From an uncultured Planctomycetota bacterium (GTDB taxonomy: Bacteria > Planctomycetota > Planctomycetia > Isosphaerales > Isosphaeraceae), in NCBI GenBank assembly GCA_963823665.1, contig CAWGMQ010000004.1, positions 2,816,001-2,880,000 on the forward strand: a DNA stretch of 64,000 nt, read 5' to 3'. The translations under genes and the position numbers were made by a program. The notes beneath the pieces are model-generated. The model worked only from the letters and a program-made list of their open reading frames with translations. It did not search any database and was not told the DNA's origin. Shown piece after piece: positions 20,792 through 30,879 of this stretch (positions are counted from its first letter, which is position 1; each line of letters begins with the position of its first letter).

Positions 20792-21528
20792 CTTGATTCG
20801 GTCTTAGGTCCGAGGTGCATCGCCTGCTGGCCGTCTGCACTGGCCTGTCGAGGCCAAACTACGACAACTGACTTCGAGGATGATGTCCGTTTCGCGTGCG
20901 ATTGTGACATCGCGTCTGCGAATTGTGAGTTCGCGGGTCCGAGGCTGTTCATCGCTTTCCTGGGCCCAGCCGCGCGCATCGACGACGATACGGCCTTGGC
21001 CAGACGCCAAAACCGGTACTGATCAACGCCCGGCGGATTCGATCCTGTGAAGGTACCGCCAAGATTGCTGCGAGAATAGGGCCTGACGCTGTGTGCGACT
21101 ACTCAGATCGAAAACAATCACTGAAGTGCCTTCCTTTGCTTGTGAACGTCCTTCGGAAGAACCGGGTATAACCCGAAACGAAATTCGAGGTCACTGCTAG
21201 GCGTGAGCCTCGAGTAGAGAGCGCGTGGGCTCGCTCGCAGATTGAACTTGCGTCGCTGAAGTTGATGAGGCTGCTGGCGTGGGCGGAGCGAGTTATTTTC
21301 CTGCTTTGCCAGGCAAGATACGGCGGACGGAGACGACCTTCGTGCCCGAATCGATTGCGTCGAGTCTGAAACCGGACGAGGTGGGGGCCTCGGTCGCGTC
21401 GGAGAATCGCCGGAGGAGGCCAAGCGGTCGGTGGCCGAAGCGTTCACCTCGGCGTGCTCGAGGGCGAGGGGGACGAACAAGCCGTATGGCGTTGAGGAAG
21501 GCTCTTGGCCCTCGTCTGGGGGCAGCCC

Positions 21529-21579
21529 GCAAAAGGGGACTGGCAGCGGCGTCCTTGGCCGGAGCCAGTCCCCTTTTGC
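21529..21579. repeat. Palindromic REP-like element
   Basis: GCAAAAGGGGACTGGC ... GCCAGTCCCCTTTTGC, perfect 16-bp arms. Confidence 0.65.
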
Positions 21580-21824
21580 TCCCGCGCGGAGCTCACGCGA
21601 CGGGGGTTGGGTGTTTTTCTCGGTGTGTGTGATGCGACTCAGTCGATAAGGATGAATTACACATCTTTTGCGCAAATGGATCGGGGCTTTTGTAGATCAT
21701 CTCTATAGGGGCCCATGAGTGCGCCGGCGGGTCGGCGCGCGAACCGGGGCATTTGACCCCGACAACATCGAACTCGAGGAGCAATTCGTTCCGGTGCCTG
21801 GCTGAATGGCTGATCTATAAGAGC

Positions 21825-21846
21825 GTCAGGCTGAGAGCCTGACCTA
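21825..21846. repeat. GTAG-type REP-like palindrome (GTCAGGCT-n-AGCCTGAC)
   Basis: GTCAGGCTGAGAGCCTGACCTA; same family at 41185, 41224 and 62044. Confidence 0.6.
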
Positions 21847-23053
21847 GTCGGGATGCGTTACCGCGCACTCCTTCGTCCAAATCCAAGCCGTGCGAGAAAC
21901 GAGCATGTTGCCACCTTCGTCGAGTGAGATTTCGTCGGGCGATGGACGAAGCCCAGTGGGCACTGCCGAGAGCGGGCAATTTACAGTAGTGTACGGATGC
22001 TGGAAGGCCCTCGTAATATTGCCACTTTTTGCCATTTTTCGACGGGTGCGGCAATTTCTTCGCGCAGATTGATTGCTCTGTAAGTTCAATGAGCATATTG
22101 GAATAGGATCACAGCGATGCGTTTTTCGGCGGTGGCAACAGCTCTTGGCACGTGCCGCGCAAAATTGCCACGGCAAATCGCCGGTGCTGTTCACTATGTT
22201 TTTAGACCCTTTTTTCACGGCACTGTAAGGGAGATCGGCGCTGCCTGGGGTGCGCGGTCTTCCGCGCGCAAGCCTCATCGGCCGCCTGCGGCGGCACACC
22301 TTCGCTACAAGGGCGGCCGACGCACTTTCGCGGAGCAAAAGGCCACAATGGGCAGGCGGGGACCGTTCGGGTTTGATGAAACGCCTGCTTGCTGCGGGAA
22401 AATGGGGGAGGCTGGCAAAAGTGCCGTCAGGCGTAAGCGTCATGGGCGAAAAGAGATGTGTCAAAATGGCGTTCGGGGACCTAGTGGTGTCGTCAGACGT
22501 AAGTCCAATCGCAGTAGGGCGCTGACGGCATGACGGCACTTTCGGGGGGGACGCGTTCGTGTTGCTGCCTCAACGCGGCGGGCCGGGTGTCAGGCGGCAC
22601 GGGAACGGATCAGGCCGGGAAACTTTGCTGGCCTCCCTGTGCGCGAACCCCCTCCGCCGCCTGCGGCACCTCCCTGAACGCGGCGGAGGTCTGCGGAGGG
22701 TCCGTTCCCTTAATCCTTATGGGGAAAGGACGCGCGTCGAATATACAAAACGAACATAAAGCGGAGGACGGAGAGCGGAGGACGGAGGGCGCAGGACGGC
22801 GACACGAGGATGTCATCGTCGAGCGCGCCGAGGAGCGGCATGGGGGGACGTTCGGACTTGGAGCATCGGAACGAGAGCGGCATTGAATGCGACATCCGTG
22901 GCGCGATCCACCGACACGCGCAAAAGTTGACGTGCCCTCCAACGACCGGGCGCGAAAAATGGCGCCCGGAGGGGTTGGATCTTCCTTACCAGGTGTGGTA
23001 AGCTGCCGAACTCCTGGGATGATGTCGATGTACACGCATGGATTGCGCCTGCC

Positions 23054-25513
23054 ATGTCGCAGAAGGTGTCTTGGAAGACGTCAGCTTCGGCCGTACCCTC
23101 AGGGACCGCGATGCGGCACGAGGTCGAGAAGCTGATCCGGAAAGAGCGGCTCAAGGATGCGGTGAAACAGGCGAAGCTTTTGTTCAAGGACGAAAGCACG
23201 CCGGAGAATCACCGGCTGCTCGAGAACGCCTATTTCTTGCGGGCACGCCAGCTTCTCGAGCTATCCATGCCGGATTCCGCGATCGAGGTGGCCCGGCATC
23301 TTCTGGAATTCGGATTGACCTCCGCCGAATGGACCGACGAATTTGTCCGGCTTTTGATCAAACTGGGGCTGGCTGACGAGGCGTTTGAGATTCAGGCGCG
23401 GTTGGGCAGTCCGGAGCTGAAAGACCAACTGGTCGAGCTCGCCGCCGATTCTGCGGTGATTCATCCCGAACGGATGCAGGATCTCTCGGCGGAGATGGCG
23501 CGAGAGGCGAGCTTGATTCGCGAGTCGCTCGAGAAGGTAACGGCCGGCGATGCGGAGAACGGGCTGGCATTGCTCCGCGACTTGCCCCGGAGCTCACCGC
23601 TATCGGATTGGAAGTTCTTTGTGCGGGGGCTGGCGGCTTACTATCAAGGGAAGTCTGAAGAGGCCCAGACGAACTGGAGCCGGCTGGACGCCAAGCGCAA
23701 GGCCTTTGCTATTGCGACGCGGCTGGAGCGGCTGGCGGGTGGCGGCGAGAAGAACGCTGGCGATGCCGATTTTGGCGTGCTCGAGAAGTTCGCGTTCGGT
23801 GAACCGGTCCTTGAGCGGCTCGCCAGCCTGCCGCGGTTGGTGGCCGAGCGCGACTGGGACAAGGTAAACCGCCTGATGGTCTCCTTGCGCTATCCCCTGC
23901 GCCGCTTTGATCCGAAGCTCGCTGAACGGCAGACGGTGGTACTCATTGGATCGGTCCTTCACGAGGCTTCCGAGCTCGATTTCGATGACGCTGAACGGCT
24001 GCTGAAATCGTTTTCGCGAGTCGCGGAGCCGATGGCGATCGACCCGAACTGGAATCGATACTGGGCTCTGGCAACCAATCTGGCAGAGGCCGATCGGGAA
24101 ACAGTTCGTGATTACTGGATGCAGTATATTCACGATCTCGAGACGATTCCGGCGTTTAGCCCCGCCGAACGTGGACTGGCCCAGGCGATGGTCTGGAACC
24201 GTGTGGCCATGCTGTACTGCGACGACGCGGTGGAGCTCGAGAGTCCGGATTCGGCGTTCGATGCGCTATCGCGAATGTTCGCCGGCCCGTGTGACCAGAC
24301 CGAGCTGAATGAGCTCAAGCAGAAAGCCGTGCAAGGCCTGGAGCGCAGCCTGGCACTGGCGCCGCTGCATCTTCCTACATACCGGTTGCTGATCGAAATT
24401 CAGAAATCCTGGAAGAACAAAGTGGGAGTGGAGGCGGCTGCGCAGCGGCTGCTGGAGAAATTCCCGGATGACGTGGAAACGCTCCAGCTCTTGCTGGATT
24501 CGGCGTTCGCGCAGGATCGGCTTCCGGAGGCAATGGCCTGCGCTGGGCGGATCCGTGCGCTGAAACCGCTCGACCCGGAAATCCGGGAGCAGGAAGCTGT
24601 GATTCGTATCGGGCTGGCGCGCCAAAGCGCTTTGGCCGGCCGTTGGGAAGAGGGGCGAGACCACTTCCGGGCTGCGGCGGAGCTGTCGCCGGAGCTCCGC
24701 GGGCACTATACATTCCTCGCCCGCAAGAGCCTGTTCGAGGCGAAAGCGGGCGGGCGTGACGAGAGCGACCGATTTTTGAAGGAGGCCCAAGCGTCGCTGC
24801 CGGAGCCAGCCTCGCTGTGGCTGGCCCTCGCCATCGAGTCCGGCCGCTATCAATTGAGTGATGCCACGACGAGAGGCTATGTCGCGCTCTGGACGTCCGA
24901 GCTCAATAAAAAGTGCCACAGCCAGGCGGCCGGCGAGATGGCGGCGCTGCTCAATGCGTATCTGGAGAGCGACGTCGACTATCCGGGCCGTAACTGCCAG
25001 ATCCAGCAGCTCGTGGCGTATTTGAAGCGCACGAGCCGGCTCAAATATGGGCAGACCGACATCGAGCGGGTTTGTGACTTTTTGGCGTGCTTGCGCGATC
25101 ATAGAGAGCTCCTCCGAAAGCTCGCGACAAAGGGGGCCAAGCTGTACCCCGGTTCGGCTCGGCTGAACTTTCTGGCTGGACTCGCCGAAGTCGGCAAAAG
25201 CCTGCCGAGTTGCATATCGCCGGTCGGGATGCGACACCTCGAAAAGGCACTGCGGATTGCGGAGACATCAAGCGTGCCGGGCGAAGTCCGGATCTTGCCG
25301 GCTATCCGGGAGATGCTCACGTCTTTCAAAGAGCTGCGCACCCGGATGGGCGGCTCTTCGTTTGGCGGCGGCCCGTTTTCGGACTGGGATCTTGACGATC
25401 CTGACGACGATGACTGGGACGATGACGATGTGTTCGACGACGAATTTGACGTCCCGCGGCAGAGTGTTCCCCAACGCGCAACAGCGAAGAAGAAAAAGTC
25501 CAAGACACGGTGA
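23054..25513 (+). CDS. Large alpha-helical TPR-like protein with acidic/basic C-terminal tail
   Basis: 819 aa of helical repeats (ERSLALAP, LLEKFPDDVETL, RALKPLDP); tail DDPDDDDWDDDDVFDDEFD...KKKKSKTR; first gene of the Hsp70 operon. Confidence 0.75.
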   Translation: MSQKVSWKTSASAVPSGTAMRHEVEKLIRKERLKDAVKQAKLLFKDESTPENHRLLENAYFLRARQLLELSMPDSAIEVARHLLEFGLTSAEWTDEFVRLLIKLGLADEAFEIQARLGSPELKDQLVELAADSAVIHPERMQDLSAEMAREASLIRESLEKVTAGDAENGLALLRDLPRSSPLSDWKFFVRGLAAYYQGKSEEAQTNWSRLDAKRKAFAIATRLERLAGGGEKNAGDADFGVLEKFAFGEPVLERLASLPRLVAERDWDKVNRLMVSLRYPLRRFDPKLAERQTVVLIGSVLHEASELDFDDAERLLKSFSRVAEPMAIDPNWNRYWALATNLAEADRETVRDYWMQYIHDLETIPAFSPAERGLAQAMVWNRVAMLYCDDAVELESPDSAFDALSRMFAGPCDQTELNELKQKAVQGLERSLALAPLHLPTYRLLIEIQKSWKNKVGVEAAAQRLLEKFPDDVETLQLLLDSAFAQDRLPEAMACAGRIRALKPLDPEIREQEAVIRIGLARQSALAGRWEEGRDHFRAAAELSPELRGHYTFLARKSLFEAKAGGRDESDRFLKEAQASLPEPASLWLALAIESGRYQLSDATTRGYVALWTSELNKKCHSQAAGEMAALLNAYLESDVDYPGRNCQIQQLVAYLKRTSRLKYGQTDIERVCDFLACLRDHRELLRKLATKGAKLYPGSARLNFLAGLAEVGKSLPSCISPVGMRHLEKALRIAETSSVPGEVRILPAIREMLTSFKELRTRMGGSSFGGGPFSDWDLDDPDDDDWDDDDVFDDEFDVPRQSVPQRATAKKKKSKTR

Positions 25514-25519
25514 GAGGCG

Positions 25520-25816
25520 ATGGCAGACCCCTTTGAAGTTCTGGACCTTCCGAGACACGCCGGCGAAGGAGAAATTCGCAAGCGTTATCTCGAGCTGGTG
25601 CGTGCCTTTCCTCCGGAGCAGGCGCCGGAGCGATTCGCAGAGGTGCATGCCGCGTATCAGGCACTGCGCGACCCGGCGGCGCGGCTCGATTCGCAGCTCT
25701 TCGGCTTCGGTTGCACAAGCGACTCGCTTGAATCGCTCGCCGCCGACCTTCGCGAGCGGCTGCGTCACGTGCGGCTACCGGTCGAAACTTTGTTGTCACT
25801 GGCGGAGTCTTCATGA
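25520..25816 (+). CDS. Small J-domain protein with non-canonical PPE motif
   Basis: DPFEVLDL...EIRKRYLELVRAFPPEQAPERFAEVHAAYQALRDP..R; HPD is replaced by PPE. Confidence 0.85.
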   Translation: MADPFEVLDLPRHAGEGEIRKRYLELVRAFPPEQAPERFAEVHAAYQALRDPAARLDSQLFGFGCTSDSLESLAADLRERLRHVRLPVETLLSLAESS

Positions 25817-26682
25817 ACGATCGAGTCGATGTCGACGATATCGTCGACCGCTTTCGCGAGTGGCTGGACGCGGCGCGCGCGGAGGGCGGCGACCTAGAGA
25901 ACTTCGAGGCGAGCGCGAGCGATGAGTCGGCCGTTGGCCGCGAATTCGGCATTATCGATCTGGTTGAAGAATTCACGGCATTGCGGCACGAGGTGAAACT
26001 TCAGACCAAGAGCGGCCGGGGGCTGTCGGAACAAACCGAAGCCACGCTCGAGGCGCTCAGGCAAGCCGTGGTCGAGATCCGGTCGGTTGTTCCCAAGGAC
26101 GCCGAGGCGGTGTGGACGGCGGGTAAGGCGCTCGCGGAGGGCCTGGCCGATCTGGATGGAGCTCTGCAACGGGGCGAGCGCGAAATCGAGCGGGCGCGCG
26201 AGCAAATCGCCGAGCGATCTCCAGCGGCGCTTGAGGCATCGCTGAACGGGCTGTATCGCAAACAGTCGTGGATTCGCCGGTGGCTGCTCCGCAGCTACCA
26301 CAGCGAGATCATCGCCATCATCGGGCGAGACAGTGTGAACCGGCACGAGCTGTTCGAATCGTTCCTGGAAGGATACGGCTTGATCCAGAAGCGCCTGCGC
26401 CGGGTGATGGCAGCCGAGCAAGTGCAGAGGATTTCGTGCGAAGGACTGCCGGTGAATCCCGAGCTCATGACCGTGCTCGAAGTGATCGACGTGCCGGAGA
26501 AGCCCGCGGGCACGGTCGTCAAGGAGCTCAGAAGCGGCTACACGTGGCGAGGCCGCGTGATTCGCTACGCCGAGGTACAGGCGGTGCGGTCCGGCTTGAC
26601 GCTGCCGGCGGCGCCTGATGGCCTGTCCCCCGGCGGGCAACCAGGGGCAGGAACGAACTCGACACCAAGTCCTTCGAACTGA
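25813..26682 (+). CDS. GrpE-like nucleotide exchange factor
   Basis: Long coiled coil; FLEGYGLIQKRL; G.PVNPELMTV; GTVVKELRSGYTWRGRVIRYAEV.AV; ATGA coupling to the J gene. Confidence 0.85.
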   Translation: MNDRVDVDDIVDRFREWLDAARAEGGDLENFEASASDESAVGREFGIIDLVEEFTALRHEVKLQTKSGRGLSEQTEATLEALRQAVVEIRSVVPKDAEAVWTAGKALAEGLADLDGALQRGEREIERAREQIAERSPAALEASLNGLYRKQSWIRRWLLRSYHSEIIAIIGRDSVNRHELFESFLEGYGLIQKRLRRVMAAEQVQRISCEGLPVNPELMTVLEVIDVPEKPAGTVVKELRSGYTWRGRVIRYAEVQAVRSGLTLPAAPDGLSPGGQPGAGTNSTPSPSN

Positions 26683-26735
26683 CGACTTTGCTAGACAACG
26701 AGCGACCGGACGAACCAGGAACAGGAGTCAAGGAA

Positions 26736-28555
26736 ATGGATTCGCCGACGATCATTGGAATCGATCTGGGAACGACCAACAGCGAGGTGGCGGTCATCAA
26801 GGACGGCCGGCCGATCGTGCTGGAAGCGGATGGCGAGGCGATCCTGCCGTCGGTGGTGGGCCTTGACGGGCAGGGTCAACTGCTGGTCGGCAACGCGGCG
26901 CGCAACCAGTACGTGCTGGCCCCGGAACGGACCATCCGGTCGATCAAGCGGAAGATGGGACAGGAAGTCACGGTCGACCTGGGGGGCAAGGCCTATTCTC
27001 CGCAGGAGATCTCGGCGATCATCCTGAGGACGCTGAAGCAGCGTGCCGAGAAAGCGCTCGGGCACGCCGTGTCGAAGGCGGTGATCACGGTGCCGGCGTT
27101 CTTCAACGACGTCCAGCGCCAGGCCACGCGTCAGGCGGGTGAGCTTGCGGGCCTCGAGGTCGTGCGGATCATCAACGAGCCCACTGCCGCCGTTCTCACT
27201 TACGACCCGCACCCAACGGAGCTCGAGCGGCTGCTGGTCTACGACCTAGGCGGCGGCACGTTCGACGTGTCGGTGGCTCAGGTCGAGAACGGCGTTGTCG
27301 AGGTCATGGCCAGCCATGGCGACACGCAACTGGGCGGCGACGACTTCGATCAGTTGCTACTCGACCACATTTGCGAATCGTTCAAGAGCAAGCACGGCAT
27401 TGACCTGAGGGAAGCGGCAACTTCGAAGGCCCGCGTGCTGCGTGCCGCGGAAGAGGCCAAGAAGCGACTTTCGTTCGACCCGGTGACGACCGTCGAGGAA
27501 GAGTTCATCGTAATCAAGGGCGGAAAATCGCTGAACCTGGTCATGGAGATCACGCGGCTCGATTATGAAGAGCTGATCCGTCCGCTCTTGCTCAAGACCT
27601 TGACGTGCCTGGACGACGCTCTCTCCGACGCCATGCTGCAAGCGAGCCAGATCGACAAGGTTGTGCTGGTTGGCGGGGCCACTCGCACACCGCTGGTTCG
27701 TCGCCTGCTCGAAGAGCGGCTGGGGCGCCCTGTCCATTGCGAGATCGAGCCGGACCTGGCTGTCGCGATGGGTGCCGCCGTGCAGGGCGGGCTGATCTCC
27801 GGGATCGATGTTGGCCCGATCCTTGTTGACATCACACCCCACACTCTGGGCATCAGCGCACTCGGGGAACTACACGGTTTCAGCATCCCGGCATGCGTTC
27901 TCGCCTATCATCGAACGCAATACACCGTTGCCCGCCTTTCGGACCGAAATTTACTCGACGGTCTACGACGATCAGGATGCCGCGGAAATTCGCGTATTTC
28001 AGGGCGAGAACGACGACACCCGGTTACAACACCCTGGTCGGCGAGTTCCGGATTGAAGGGCTTGCGGAGGTGCCCGCCGGGAATGAAATCCTGGTTCGAC
28101 TCGATCTCGATTTGAACGGAATCCTCAAGGTAACCGCCACCGAGCGAGCGAACCGGGCTCGCGAAGCATGTCGTGATCGACAACGCCACGGAGCGATTTC
28201 GCAAGCAAGAGCGGAGCAACGCAATCGAACGCCTTGATGCCTTCACGGAAGTTGGGACGAAGGCGCTCGTCGGGCCGCCGGCGGGACTGGCCAGTCCGCT
28301 GCCGGAAAACGATGACGCAAGCGGAAGCGCGCGCCGACGCGCTGCCGGGCTCTCTGCGGGAAGCGATTGCGTCGGCAGATGCCCTGTCCAGTCAAGCGCA
28401 GCGCGTGCTGGCGATCGCCAACGCCCAGGACGCGGACGAGCTGCGCAGCGCTGCTTGGCGACCTCGACACCGCAATCGCTCGCCAGGACGAGGCGGAACT
28501 CCGGTCGATCCTCCAGAAGCTCGAAGACCTGGTTTTCTACCTGCAGGACGCCTGA
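26736..28555 (+). CDS. Hsp70/DnaK-family paralog (several frameshifts between about 27885 and 28450)
   Basis: GIDLGTTNS, RIINEPTAA, YDLGGGTFDVS, LGGDDFD, LVGGATRTP, linker ILVDITPHTLG; other frames give FSPIIERNTPLP, IRVFQGE, LDLDLNGILKVTA and a C-terminal LEDLVFYLQDA. Confidence 0.88.
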
Positions 28556-28631
28556 GCGATCGACACGGTCTTGTTCAGGAGACCTGCAAGCCATATTCAT
28601 ACTCGGAACCGTAAGCTGAGAACGGATTGAT

Positions 28632-28947
28632 ATGTCAACTATGCCGGAGGACCTCATGCGCTGCCCGACATGCGGCGCGACGCAGGAATGGGCGGATTGG
28701 TGCCGTCGCTGCCGCTGCGATTTACGCTTGATCCGCGCCGCTGTTCGAGCGCGGGACATTCACAGGCGGGAGTGCTTGAATGCGCTCGAGAACGGCTGGA
28801 CGCGGCGGGCGCACGCACCACGCGCGCCGGCGCGACGAACTGCTCCCGGACACCGGGTCGCACCGGCTCCTGGCGCTTTGCAACTTGATGAGCGAACGAT
28901 GGCTCGACGCACTCGAAGAGGCCCGATGCGCGGGAGAATCGACTTGA
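28632..28947 (+). CDS. Zn-ribbon plus TPR-like small protein (frameshift near 28812)
   Basis: CPTCGA...CRRCRCDL; the shifted frame gives HHARRRDELLPDTGSHRLLALCNLMSERWLDALEEA, stop at 28945-28947. Confidence 0.65.
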
Positions 28948-29152
28948 ACGCACCTGGATGGCGTGGCAGTCCGCACGCCGTTCGGCGAGAAGGAATTGTC
29001 GGTGCAAAGGAGGGATATGCACTGGGCTCGATTGGTTCGTCCGTTGCGCGAGTTTCTTGACGCTTCCTCGGGTGTGCGTTAGCCTAAGAGCGGCCAGCAG
29101 ACGCTAGGAGAACAGGCGACGTTGCGTCGTTAGCCGAGGAGAAAATGACCTC

Positions 29153-30858
29153 GTGGCCTCCTTGTTCGTGATCCAAGGGGCCGACCAGGGAAAGCGGTTC
29201 GAGTTCACATTCAGTCCCGTCGCCCTGGGCAGGGATGACTCGAACGCCATCCGGCTCCATGATACCGAGGTCTCCCGCCGCCACGCCGAGCTTCGGCTGG
29301 AGAAGGGGGCGTATTGCATCCTCGATTTGAGCTCGGCCAACGGCACTTTCGTCAACGACCAGCGCGTCGACCAGAGCATCTTGAACTCGGGTGACCGGAT
29401 GCAGCTCGGCCAGACCGTGCTGCTCTACAATGAGGGGACGAGCCCGCGGCGCGACCTGACGAACCGGGTTGACATGCTGACCAGGAGCAGCCCGGAGGAC
29501 CGTTCCGCGATCTTGAAGAGCATGCCGTCCGACGAGGGCTCGCGGGTCTTGAAGTCCCCCGATGCCGCCGGCGGGTGGCTGCGCGAGCGGCTGGTGAACC
29601 TGTCGGTGATGTACAGGGCGACCCAGGCCATCAGCAACGTCCTGGATATCGATGCGTTATCGGCCCAGATCCTCGAACTGGTGTTCGAGTCGATCGGGGC
29701 GGATCGTGGCGCGATCCTGCTCAAGGATCAAGCAGGCCCTCTGCTGCCCAAGGCGGTGCGGTGGCGCGCCGTGGCCGAGCCCGACGAACGGATGACGATC
29801 TCGCAGACGATCGTCGACTACGTGCTCCAGAAGGGGGAGGGGGTGATCACCACCGATGCGCCGACCGACAAACGGTTCAGCCCCGCACAGTCGATCGTCG
29901 ATTACCAGATTCGCCAGGCGATCTGCGTTCCGATTCAGGGAAGGCATACGACGCTGGGTGTCCTCTACGCCGATATCCAAGCCGACGTGGCCCGAGCGAT
30001 TGCGGCTGGCGATAAACCCAATGAGCGAGGCCGCTTCAGCGAACAGCAGCTTACGCTGATGGTTGCCATCGGGCACCAGGCCGGGCTGGCGATTGAAAAC
30101 ACAATATTTTACAACGACAAGATCCAGGCGGAGCGACTTGCGGCCGTGGGCCAGACCATTGCGACGCTCTCGCATCACATCAAGAACATATTGCAGGGCA
30201 TCCGCGGGCGGCAGCTCGCTGATCGATCTGGGTCTCAACGACAAAGACGAGATGATCGTCCGGCGCGGCTGGACGATCGTCGAGAAGAACCAGACGAAGA
30301 TCTACAACCTCGTGATGGACATGCTCTCGTTCTCGAAGGACCGCGAGCCGGACCTGGAGCTCGCGGACTTGAACGAGACGGTCGGCGACGTAGTCGAGCT
30401 GATGCAGTCGCGCGCAGAGGAGCTCGGAGTCGAGCTCGACTGGAAGCCGGGCCCTGCGCTTCCTCGAGTGATGATCGACACGGAGGGAATTCACCGGGCT
30501 GTCTTGAACATCGTGACGAATGCGATCGACGCCTGCGAGGGCTCTCATAACGCGCGGGTCTCGATCAAGACCGAGTGGGATGCCGAGACGCCGCTGGCTC
30601 GTATCAGCATCAGCGACAACGGGGTCGGGAATCGAGGAGGCCGACATCCCGTCGATCTTCCAGTTATTCGCCTCTACCAAGGGTTCTCGTGGCACCGGAC
30701 TGGGATTGCCCGTCACGCAGAAAATCATCCGCGAGCACGGAGGGAAGATCTCGGTCACGTCCCAGCCGGGGCAAGGCTCGACCTTCGTGATCGAGCTGCC
30801 CTCGACCAGGCGCGGCGAGGCGAAGGGGACGTCGGAAGGGCCTACGATGATCGAATGA
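29153..30858 (+). CDS. FHA-GAF-histidine kinase (frameshifts near 30205 and 30630)
   Basis: FHA LGRDD..EVSRRHA..DLSSANGTFVN; GAF AICVPI; H-box LSHHIKNILQG; N-box LNIVTNAIDA; DNGVG; STKGSRGTGLGL. Confidence 0.88.
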
Positions 30859-30879
30859 CTGGCACGGGAATGCGTGTGC

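Noticed and set aside
21020..23040. Short overlapping ORFs in the intergenic tract
   Set aside because: No recognisable domains, RBS or coding-like composition
27885..28450. Programmed ribosomal frameshifting in Hsp70 or other split genes
   Set aside because: No slippery heptamers, and several shifts per gene fit sequencing indels better
30180..30879. Extension of the ECF ORF through the kinase gene
   Set aside because: Antisense to the kinase ATPase domain; likely a missed stop due to an indel near 30880
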